Under the pieces are notes generated by a model. It worked only from the letters and a program-made list of their open reading frames with translations. It ran no database searches and was not told the DNA's origin. DNA of 64,000 bases, taken from positions 3,253,130 to 3,317,129 of the forward strand of contig MU054391.1 in the NCBI GenBank assembly GCA_013239625.1, read 5' to 3'. Every line of letters begins with the position of its first letter. Within the stretch, counting starts at the first letter, position 1. Positions 40,601-51,560 of the stretch are shown here, piece by piece. The DNA comes from Lama guanicoe (lineage: Eukaryota). Made by a program: the position numbers and the translations under genes.

Positions 40601-43600
40601 ATTTTTCTCCTGCCTTTAAAGAGTTTATAACTTGGCTTAAACCATAACCAATTGGCTCTTGAAAAAAAAAATTAAAATTACAAGTGAATAATTGGAATAA
40701 ATAAATGATTGTTAGAAATACAAAATAATAGAATTACTATTCACTTATGAATATTTTCCTCATCAGTATAATTCCACTTAAACCAATTAAGAAAAAAGTA
40801 TAACCCCCATTCTTAAGGGCTCACCCAGGAAAAAAAATGTAAAAGCTATTTTTTTAAGTTTATCTATGAAATTATAAATTGAATTTCACACAAGGAAAAA
40901 CACATGAGGCTCATCTCTTCTTACATGGAAAAATAGCCATGTGCTGGTATAATGTTAGGATAAAGTTGATGTAGATGCAACAAAATTAAAATCTTAAATA
41001 AAAATAAAAATGAGTTTCCAGTGAATCAAAAGCCTTTCTAAAGGAATCTTGGGTGAATCATCTTACTGACAGACATGTCTCATTCCACAAATTAGAAATA
41101 TTCTTGAAATATTACTGAAAGGTTGAGTATAAATTGGCTTTTGACAATTTGTTTGTTTTCCTCTACTTTCCTTTGTAGAAAAGACCATGGGTCCCCAATA
41201 TGGCACTGAAAATCAATAAAGAAATATGTCACTGGCCTTATTACTCTTCATCTCCAAAAGTTTAGACCTCACGTGGACCAGTGCGGGGAATAATTTTCCC
41301 TTGTGCTCGCTATGTGGGTTTGGATCTAGGGGGCCAATCCAACAAAGACCAACTGGAGTCAAGAAGGGCCAAGGCATGGGCAGCAGCCTTTAGAAGTCTA
41401 AGGGAGTTACAGGAGAGCATTATACAAAATTAACACCTCTGTTTATAAACACCAAGGTAGAGGAAGAACAGAGTATAAACTACAAGAGTGTAAAAGCTGT
41501 ATAAAAGGATAATGCGGCCTATTCATTAATACCCTCAAGAGAGACCCCAGATTTCTTTGAATTGTAAAAACTGAAGGAAAGCCCTAGATTCTGAACTCAG
41601 CCTTCACAGAACTCCCCAAATTTCTAAAATCAGCCTTGCTGTCTAGCTCTGACCCCTCTGACCACTTCTGTCTTTCTCATCTTCCTTTCCTGTCCGTGAG
41701 TTACAACACGGAGAAAAAAATCCCTCATTTCCTGTGTTCCCCCAAGCCCTTCATCCATGCCGCCTACACCAAGCTACTTGTCAAGACGTTCTTCATCTTC
41801 TTGCTCAAAACTCTCTGTCTTAGAGGACAGGCTCCTTGAAGTCAGGAACTCCTTTCCTCCCCTGATGTCTTCCTCCACAGCGCATAACCTGAAAAAGTCT
41901 CATTTTCACAAATATTAATCAAAGTACTGACTTTTTTTTCAAATACTGCATAAATGATAAGTGTAAACTGTCATCATATGGTTTAAAAAAGTGCAGGATG
42001 ACTGAATCAAACGGCTGAGTAGAGCAGTCAGATGGCTGATGCCAGCTCACGGCTCCAAGGCTAAGGCACGGGTTACCCCACCTCTGGTCCCTCCATGCTT
42101 TTGAACCTAGCTGTGGCCGCATCCTCGTGCTTGCAAACGGTAGCTTAATGCTTTTCTCACATCCGCAGTTTTAAGAGTTAGGGTTTCTCCGCCCTGAAAC
42201 GATCCTTCTGTATCCTATCGCGACGTAGATGCCAGAACTCTGCAGACGAGCTCACTTTCCCAACGTGCTTCCTGCTGGATGATGCCATAGGGAACGTCAG
42301 AGAGACCAGAGGACATGAGGAGGAACAAGAGATTTGCTTCTCTCTCGTTGCTTATCCTTCATGTAAACATGGCCCCACCAAAGTTCCTCACCTGCAAAGC
42401 AGCGATCTGTTTCAACAGCAGTCGGCTCCAGTCTCCAGAATTTTCACACACTTGCAGAAACTACTGGGAAGCACCCCCACCCCCGCGCATGCCAGAAGTC
42501 TGAATCTCAGCTTCTCCAGGCATTCCCCCAAGCACCTCGGTTCTGATGAGCTCCAGCCCCACCACCGAGCTGTTTTCTGCAGTTTGTCTCTCATTCTTAA
42601 CTACCTTAAAACTTCTATCCTCTATGCTTTAACATTCTGAGCTGACTCTGATGGAACAGCCAGTCCATTGGTCCTAGGCTCCTTCTAAGATCATCAGCCA
42701 CATTCCAAATTGGTGTTGCTCCATCCTTTGGGTCCCAGAGGAGGATGAAGACATCCCATTGAGATGGCAGTTGGAAGGTGGCTGCTGGGCACTGAATGGT
42801 AAGAGGCAAGGGTCGGAGTGAGGCCATGACAGCAACTGCTGCATCATTTTAAACAAGGCTCTTATCTCCACCCCATTTTAGCTCATTTTCTCTGGTTTCA
42901 GGTCTAAGCAGCACCTAATGTCACCCTTTGATATTCCTGTAAATTTGTATTTGCAAATTGGTCCATTTATCAATTTACCTAGGAAGTGCTCATTTATAAG
43001 AATCATTAGCTCATTTCCCGACATGGAATATAATTTCCTTGTCATACGGTTTCCTAAGCATAACAAATTTACTGCGGAAAGAATCAAAAGCCACGTTTTT
43101 GAGTGATGGAGGCATTTCAACCACATATTGAGCCACTTAATAAAATGTTATTTATATCAAATAGGTATGTCTTCGAGAGAAAGCATACATTTGGGGGTTG
43201 GAGAGAAGGACATCGTACGTTAATTCCAAATCCTCCTGTTTCCTTTTGATATGAACATTTGATTTTTCTTTATGTACCCATCACACGAATCACAATCAAA
43301 GCAGAGAGTCCCTCAGCACCACGGTCCGCATTCCAGCCTAGAAACCCACAGAATAACCGCAGGGGAGCTCTTTGAAGTCAGCCTGGACGCCACATGAGAG
43401 GAGGGTGGCAAAGACTGAGCAGGATGCGACCTCCCGTCTTGCCTGCCTTTCTAGACGAGTGAGTCCTTTATTGGCTGAAAGATCACATTCAGGCCGTTTC
43501 TACACTAGCACAGCAGACACTACATTAGCTATTAATGCAGCCTCTCTGTTAAAATGCACTGTTAACATAGGGAAGTCAGCTGGGCCATTGCTTCTTACCA

Positions 43601-43943
43601 AGCCCGCTATGTGGTCCGTCAAAAGGGGAGCTGGTATCAACTGAAACGGCCATAGAGGGCGCCTGAGTGTGTCTGCGTGTGTGTGTGGGTGAGTAGGTGT
43701 GCGTGTACGCATGCGCACAGAGAGGACGATTCCGGAAGGAAAGGTTTCTGATGGTGGGGGCCAACCTTAGCCTGAGAAGGAATCCGCCCCACTCAGGAAA
43801 CTTCCCCAATAATCTCTCTGAAGAAAGATGCATCACATGGAGCCAGCCCGCTAGGAAGCCATCTCTTCCAGGTAGGCAGGACCAGGTCCTGGCAGCAAGG
43901 GCCAGAGTTTTTTCTACCTTGAAACAGTAAAACTTCAAAGATA

Positions 43944-44136
43944 GGGGTCGTGTATAGCTCAATGGTAGAGTGTGTGCCTAGCATGCACGAGGTCCTGGGT
44001 TCAATCCCTAGGAGCTCCACTGAAGTAAGTAAATAAATAAACCTCATTACCCTCTCAAAAAATTTAAAAAAAAAGGAATAAACAGATCTTTAAAAAATAA
44101 AAATAGGTATGATTTAAACAAAACAACACCAAAAAC
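43944..44136 (+). mobile_element. Camelid tRNA-derived SINE (Vic-1-type)
   Basis: ggggtcgtgtatagctcaatggtagagtgtgtgcctagcatgcacgaggtcctgggttcaatccc with Pol III A and B boxes and an A-rich tail; imperfect TSD aaacttcaaag (43930) / aaactttgaag (44137). Confidence 0.85.
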
Positions 44137-45244
44137 AAACTTTGAAGGCCAAGTAAAATGCTCCCTGTAAAGCTCTAGATACAGGCAAGTCTTACGGGTG
44201 GCAGGGAAGGAAAATCCCCTAAAACAAGGGTGTCTTTTTTTGTGTTAAAATCCAAACCTGTTCCATGTTCTTTATCTTTCAGATTGATAAGGAAAATCTG
44301 CTTTAGGACTAGTCACCGCAGAGTTTGCCAAGCCACGCTTCCCGCCACCACCCACTGCTGAGAGAAAAGGTGTGTCCGCGGCACACGGTGTGTGAGAGTG
44401 GCCGGGCCTGGCGTTCCCAGCCTGCGGACCCCCGGATTCCATCGTGCATCCGACGCACGCATTTCATGGGACTGTCTTTTTGCTTTTTTCCCAATATTGA
44501 ATTATGAAAACGAAGACGTGCAGAATAAATAGCCACACACTCACCATCTACACTCCATGATCGATTTCTTACTACATTTGCTTTTATCCTATGCCTTAAC
44601 TTCTATCTCTTCCCTCAACATCTCATAATCCATTTCATTAATTTATTTATGTATTCATTCACTCATTTATTCATTTTGCTGCATTTTAAAATCAGCTTGG
44701 ATGAGAATACTCGCTAGTTCAGGTGGCCAGTGATTTTGCTTGTGCTTAACGCAGTGAAAACTAAGCGAACAAACTGCTGCAGCATCCGTAGCGAGAGACG
44801 TTCGTGTGTGTGTCCGCGTTTTTCTGTTTCTGACGGGATTGTTCTCCTGTGGCGACCTGAAAACAATACAAGTATTTTTCTGTGACATAGTAATTTTTTA
44901 AAACTACATATTTGAGCTTAGGAGGTAGATCTAACCATTTCAATGGCCTATTAGCAGTTGGGTGGGGTCTCAACTGGACGTTTGTTCCTTCATTCATCAC
45001 CTCCGACTTTCATGTTCTAGATTCTGCATGCAGCTCAGTCCAGCACCGTGTGTGTGTGTGTTTGTGTCTGTGTGTGTGTGTGATTCCTATGATTACCTTT
45101 GACGATAGCCGGAGTGTGTTGAGTAGTAACATTAGCTAATGTTTTTATACCACTGATACTTTCTATTTGATATCAGAGCCTATGTTTCCCATGGGTTATC
45201 TCATTAGATCTACAAGCAGCTCTACTGCCATCATATCACTGAGA

Positions 45245-46063
45245 TTTTTTTTTATATATAAATATTTTTATTGAGTTATAGTCATTTTACAATGTGTCCG
45301 ATTCCAGCATAGAGCCCAATTTTTCAGTTATGCATGAAACATACATACATTTGTTATCACATTCTCTTTCGCTGTGAGCCACCACAAGATCCTGTAGATA
45401 GTTCCCTGTGCTACACAGTACAGTCTTGTTTATCTATTCTACTTTTTGAAATCCCAGTCTGTCCCTTCCCACCCCCCATCCCCCTGGCAACCACAAGTTT
45501 GTATTCTATGTCTAAGAGTCTGTTTCTGTTTTGTATTTTTGTTTTTTGTTTGTTTGTTTGTTTAGATTTCACATATGAGCAATCTCATATGGTATTTTTC
45601 TTTCTCTTTCTGGCTCACTTCACTTAGAATGACATTCTCCAGGGACATCCATGTTGCTGTAAATGGCTTTATGCTGTTGGTTTTTATGGCTGAGTAGTAT
45701 TCCATTGTATAAATATACCACATCTTCTTTATCCAGTCAGCTGTTGATGGACATTTAAGCTGTTTCCATGTCTTGGCTATTGTAAATAGTGCTGCTATGA
45801 ACATTGGGTTGCAGGTGTCATTTTGAAGTAGGGTTCCAATTTTGAAGTTCCTTCTGGATATATGCCCAGGAGCAGGATTGCTGGGTCATACGGTAAGTCT
45901 ACTCCTAGTCTTTTGAGGAATCTCCATACTGTTTTCCACAGTGGCTGCACCAAACTGCACTCCCACCAGCAGTGTAGGAGGGTTCCCTTTTCTCCACAGC
46001 CTCTCCAGCATTTGTCATTTGTGGACTTTTGAATGATGGCCATTCTGACTGGTGTGAGATGAT
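45245..46063 (-). mobile_element. Relatively young L1 3' fragment inserted in a MIR
   Basis: ORFs 45795..46043 ([19 protein letters not shown]) and 45562..45804 ([20 protein letters not shown]) are the L1 ORF2 C-terminus; T tract at 45245; MIR sequence resumes (tttaaagaggttaaattgtcctgcccaagg). Confidence 0.95.
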
Positions 46064-46472
46064 TTAAAGAGGTTAAATTGTCCTGCCCAAGGATTTACAG
46101 TAAGTATGTGTTCAGCAGAGCAGGGACTCACACTTATGTTCATCACTGCAGTGCAAGCTCTTCGCTCCCACATAGCACAGGATTACTCTATTATGGGTGT
46201 CAGGGTCCTCTTCACTTGCATAGCAGACTTTTGAAAACACTTTTTAGGGTTCTATAAACTATGTTATTGTACAATAATACATTAATTATATACAAACAGA
46301 ACATATAGATAAGAATAAAGAGAGAGAAACATTTTGTATCCCTTGGTCTATTGCCTTAGGCTTTTTTTCACTTGAAAACATTTTGAAAATAAAATATACC
46401 CTGATAACATCAATTATTGAGACTGCATGATGACAGTAAAGTAATTAAATAATAATATTTTTGAACATATCA

Positions 46473-46940
46473 TGATGGTTGATTTCATGTGTCAGCTTGA
46501 CTGGGCTAAAGGATGCCAAAGAGATGGTAAGACATGGTTTCCAGCTGTGTCTGTAGGGTGTTTTAAGAAGAGAATAGCATTTAAATCCATAGACTGAGGA
46601 AGGAAGATTGCCCTCGGCGTTGAGGTGGGCACCAGCCACACTGTAATGGTCTGGGTGGAATAAAAAGGCACAGGAAGGGCAAACTCATTCTTTGCTTGAG
46701 TAGGGACTTCACTGTCTCCTGCCCTGAGATACCAGTGCTCTTGGTTCTTGAGTCTTCTGACTCAGAATGGACTTCTGGTTCTCCAGCTTGAAGACAGCAG
46801 ATGGTGGGACTTGGCCTAATCCTATACTAAATAACTCTATATCTCTAGCTATCTATCTGTCTATCTATCATCTATCTATCTTCTCTCTCTCTCTCTCTCC
46901 TATCAGTTCTACTTTTCTGGGGAGCCTTGACCCACACACA
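46473..46940 (+). mobile_element. MLT2-type (ERVL) solo LTR with internal (TCTA)n
   Basis: tgatggttgatttcatgtgtcagcttgactgggctaa...gaagattgccctc...cctatcagttctacttttctggggagccttgac. Confidence 0.85.
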
Positions 46941-46989
46941 CATGAAGTAACAGAGTCTAATCTAAGTGTTTTACACTGAGAAAGTGTTG

Positions 46990-47160
46990 GCCTATTTCAT
47001 ACTCATGGAAATCCCCTGAAGTAGGTGACAGCATCTCCCCATCTTACAAACGAGGACACCAAGGAAGGGAACTATTAGATAACTTATCCTGGATCACCCA
47101 ACAAGTAACTTGTGGAGCCAAGGTTGGATCACATCCCAGAGTTTACTCTGTTAAGCGCAA
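46990..47160 (-). mobile_element. MIR SINE
   Basis: ccccatcttacaaacgaggacaccaagg...taacttatcctggatcacccaacaagtaa. Confidence 0.6.
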
Positions 47161-49200
47161 CATGATACAGGATTATAATAAATTAATCTGGAGGACATAA
47201 ATTTTGTCTTTCTGTGTTGCAGATAATTGATCTTCATTTTTGGATGCATCTCCATGCACTGTAAACATTTGTGCACCTAGCTTTGTTTTCTTGCCTACTT
47301 TTGTCAGTAAATGTATAAGAAATTGAACTGGTTGAATAAATGAATATCTTTCTGGTTGTTTATTTCTGTTCCCAAACTGACCTTCCGAGGAGAAGTCGGT
47401 GAGATTCGCTTTCCCACGAGCAAGTCTGCAGACTGTCCTTTTCCTGCTAAGCTTCTCTCAGGCCGGTTGTCATAACTGACTTCACTGTTGTCAGGACTGC
47501 AGGTGACGTATAGTTCTTAACTTGAACTCTGATTTACATTCTCTTGAGAACTAACAAACTTTGTTCACAATTTGATGGCCACTTTAGATCTTTTGTTATT
47601 TGTGCCCCTTAACAATCACCGAGACAAAATAACGTTTTCCTCCTGGTTTTCATGTTACTCGAATTGATTTGTGGAATCTCATTATCTTAAGATTATTGAA
47701 CTTTTGCCGGTTGTGTACGGTGGTGGCGGTGGTGGAGGAGGGGCAAGGTGTTTAGTCTTTACCTTTTAACCTTTGAAGGATTGACTGTGAGAAGCTGATC
47801 ATCCATAAGTGAAATGTGAACATCTAAGGGTCACAAGCTGTGTGGGTCAGGGTCTAGCTTTGATGCTGTCTGGGTAACTTTGGCCGAGTCATGCAGCCCC
47901 CAGCTCTCTGTTTCCTTGCTGGGAGGAAGCAGTGGCTCATCCCCCCACCCTGACAGTGCCCCTCGGCCGTGACTCCAGCACGCAGAGACTCTAGGCTCTT
48001 GGTAGAAGAGTGACACCCATTCAGAGCAGGGCATTTCACTCTCACCAGCCCTCACTTGGCCCCATCTCCCTACTGTTTCTGGCTCCTTCTCTGGACTGTC
48101 AGTTTCCTAAGGACAAGAATGATGCCTTGGTCACACCTTCCCTCTCTCTGCTTTAAACTCTTAACAGGTAGATCTAAATAAGGACCTGAGCCCGTTTCCC
48201 TGAACAACGCTCAGGTAGCTTCTTCTATGTAAGGAAATAACTAGATGCTCAAAAGAAAGCAACTTAAATTGGCTTTAACAGATGGATTGACTTTTCTCTC
48301 TCTTACTTTCTTTATCATTATTAAATTTGATTTCTGCAATCTGCATCATTTTTCCCCTCTCTGGGGTGTTTTAGTTAGATAGTAGAACTTAAAAATAGGG
48401 TCTCCAGTATATTAAGAAAGTTACAGTGGCGCTTGTGTGGGACAGCTGGTACATTTCTGATTGGAGAGTTGTTTTTTATTTTTTTTTTATTCTGTCATCT
48501 GAACTTTGCTTTGGTAATGCTGCAAATTAGCAGCTATTCATTCTTTAATGAACAAGGGTTCATGTAAATTTCAGCTATGAATAGGCAATCAGGACTCCTC
48601 TGGGTATAATGGGTTATTTACCAGGCTTCCATTTCAGTTTTGAACTCTTTGCCTCTTGAAACATCATCCTACGTAATTTTGCAGCCATCTAATTACATAT
48701 GTATATATTTACCATATAGATGCTGCCTTTGTGCCTGTATGTGCTCCAAATTGCTTTATTCAAATGATGGCAAAAGCTCACTCCACCTGAAGTGGATACA
48801 TGACACCACATTTTGTAAAGATTAGTTCTGCCAAGCTTCCATGGAAGAGCGGGGTTGCGGGGAGTGGACCCTCGGGACAGCTTTTGAAGGAAGCCTGGTG
48901 CCGTGGCTACAGGCAAAAATGGCCGAATTCAGGCGCTTGCAATTTTTAGACATTTTGTGGTAATTTTTTTTTTCTATTTTCCAAAAGCTTTACTTCAGGA
49001 ACAATCTTCAGCTGTGGAAAAGATGATCTATCTCTGTCTATCTCTGTTTTTTAGTTGTTGTTGTTTTTCATTCTCTGGTATGTTTTAGACCCACTGAATT
49101 CTGAGGCTTGTGAAGACCCAAGCTACTGGCCTGAGTTTGGTTTCAGAGTCTGCATGGTAGACAGGAGACCTAGAACAATTTAGGGTTAAAAACAAGTGTA

Positions 49201-49658
49201 TTCTTTTTCATGATATTATAGGTTATTACAGGTTATTGAATCCAGTTCCCTGTGCTACACTGTACAACCATGCTGTTTATCTGTTTTCTATATAGTAGTT
49301 TGTTTCTGCTGATCCCTCCCCTCTTTCCCTTTTGGTAGCCATCAGTTTGTTTCCTATGTCTGTGAGTCTGTTTCTGTTTTGTAAATAAGTTCATTTGTGT
49401 CTTTTTTTTAAGTTTCTACATATAAGTGATATCAAATGGTATCTGTCTTTGTCTGGCTGCCTTCACTTAGTATGATCATCTCTAGGTCCATCCATGTTGC
49501 TGCAAATGGCATTATTTCACTTTGATGGATGAGTAGTGTTCCACTATGTATGTATATGATTTATATATATATATGTCACTATGCTGTACACCACAGACTA
49601 ACACAACATTGTAAATTAACTATACTTCAGTAGAGAAAAGGATTATCAAAACAAAAGC
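49201..49658. mobile_element. 5'-inverted L1 (twin-primed)
   Basis: 49201-~49555 is L1 3' region on -; ~49565-49658 is the L1 terminus on + (tatgctgtacacc...aacacaacattgtaaattaactatacttca); TSD acaagtgta at 49192-49200 and 49659-49667. Confidence 0.85.
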
Positions 49659-50689
49659 ACAAGTGTAGTGGTTTTCTCACTTCTTCCCCTTTCATTCTCC
49701 ATTCCACCTTATTTCCTCTGACTGAACCCAGCAAGGAGGAAACGTGCCAAAGTCTGCATCTATTCTCCCAATGATCTGACCCACTGATCCCACGGGAATG
49801 ACCTCTCATCCCATTCTCCTGGTAGGATCTCAGCAAGTCACATCACCTGTCTGGATGCCATTTGTCTCCTTTTTAGAATAAACAGAAGTTTCAGAAAAGC
49901 TTACGCATCTTTTAGGGACCTTAAAGTTCTAACATTTGATGCATCTCTCCCCAGTCTAACCTGAAGTCATCTCTTTATAGCACATTCACCCCATTTATGC
50001 ATTTCAGTGTGTTTATACATATTATGTACAGATTGACAGATAGGGTGAGGAAGACTCTCATCGTTCTCCAAGTTGAAATTTGCACCTTGTGTCCTCACTG
50101 TGCCTAAGCATATTCACCTGTGAGGCTGTGTAGAGTCCCTGAGAGCCCTGTGAAGTCCCTAGCTGTTGGGGGTGGCACTCAGGACACAAGAGTAAAATGC
50201 ACAGTGCAAGTTTTCATGCAAAAAGCACGGTCTTGGAATTCTCCCAAGGCAAAGGTCACTGGCTTTGCACCCCCTGGCCTCATCGTGTGGCTTCCAGGGT
50301 GACCCGAAGCATCCAAAAGGCTTCTATTTTTAACTTGATCCGCAGCATGGTAGCAACTTTAGCTCCTTCATCCAAAGCCATGTGTTTGCTGTAAATATGA
50401 CAAATGAACGGCCGGTTTCATCGTCACCTGTATCAATCCAATCTCCCCTTCCTCCACGCAAGGCTCCCCTTCGGACTTGGAAAATGATCAGAAATTTCCC
50501 TCCTCCCGGACGGCAGCCCCACCACTGCCCAGCACCCCTCACGGGTCCCTGCTGCTGTTGGCCCAGGAACATCTAACGTGGGCTCTTTCGTACACGCCAG
50601 GCGAGTGGAGGGGGCTTCCCTTTTTGACATTGCCCAGTTTTTGTTCCCCTCTGTGTGCTCTGAGGTCTAGGAACCCAGCTAATTCGGAA

Positions 50690-51560
50690 ATCGATCGCCG
50701 TACCTGTCACGGAACCCCTGGAGCATCTGCGCGCTGCGCTCGGGCCGCCGCCGCCTCCCGCCCCCGCCTCCCCGCGGTGCTCGGGGAAGGGCCCCGGCCT
50801 TCAGCTGTCGCGGAAAAGCAAGGGCAGCCCAGCCCCCCGGAGCAGGCTGCGTAACCCGCATCCCCCTGCTGCTTATGTTACGGAAGGCAAATCTAAACAC
50901 ACCGCCTTCTTCCTCGAAAGGTACCGCCGGCGGGGAGACCACTGCGGCCTGCGCCCGTCCCTGGGGGCCCTGGGCAGATGCGCGTCGGCCCCGGCCAGCG
51001 GCGCGGCCCTCCCCGCGCGCCCCCGGGCCCTGCCTCCGCTCGGCATCACTCCTACCTGGGCTAAAGTCGTCTTCGTTCCGGAAGCACGGGAATCCCGTCT
51101 TTCCCGCCAGCGCCCCCCACGCCCCGCCCCGTGCTCCGTGGGCGCCCGGCTACCCCGCAGGGGCTGGCGGATGGGGATTAGCTGGCCGTTGCCCCGACGC
51201 CCCCACTGGGCTGAGCGCAGGTTTGACGGGGCCCTGCGATTTCCGGCGCATTTCTTACTAATCACGGATGTACATCGGGCTAGTTTTCCATGACCCGTTT
51301 GTGGGGTGCCGTCAGGAGCCTTTGAAGACCCCCCCCACCCCGGCCTCCACCCTTGGCACTAACACAGCACCTTCCAATCTGTTCCACCGGTTGGGCGAAC
51401 ATGCCGATCTGGGCCGGGTTACTCGGCCTCCCTGACTCAGGGCTCACCGCCCAGGGCGCCCGCTGGCCTGGGAGCCCAGCCAGGGACAGAGGAAGGGAGG
51501 AGGCCGTGACCTGAGGCCGACCCCCCCAGGGGGCCAGCGGGGCGAGAGGGAGACGCTAAG
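50690..51560. promoter_or_regulatory. CpG island (no associated gene identified)
   Basis: Dense CpG with GC boxes (cccgcccc at ~50757 and ~51123) and an ETS-like ttccggaag at ~51077. Confidence 0.8.

Larger units (their letters stand above)
26878..41300 (+). pseudogene. Decayed multi-exon gene with several RGS-like domains (RGSL1/RGS22-like architecture; identity unknown)
   Basis: At least 13 + strand segments with polypyrimidine-AG acceptors, many also with GT donors: 26878-27004, 28074-28215, 29866-29973, 31598-31745, 34375-~34760, 35661-35770, 35872-36042, 36246-~36389, 38106-~38298, 38706-38868, 39041-~39250, 39411-39500, 40019-40092, 41179-~41300. Translations show RGS-like motifs and carry many stops and frameshifts. 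Confidence 0.65.

Noticed and set aside
43647..43666. CTCF site (ggccatagagggcgcc)
   Set aside because: Needs a one-base gap or three mismatches against the core consensus; not supportable without a PWM score.
43944..44020. tRNA-Ala-like gene
   Set aside because: The acceptor stem does not pair, and it is followed by a SINE tail and TSD; it is a SINE head.
45562..46043. ORFs with reverse-transcriptase protein C-terminal motifs
   Set aside because: Truncated, frameshifted L1 ORF2 remnants, not an active element or host gene.
16626..46940. Two MLT2 LTRs as ends of one provirus
   Set aside because: Opposite orientation, 30 kb apart, visibly different sequence and no internal ERV genes.
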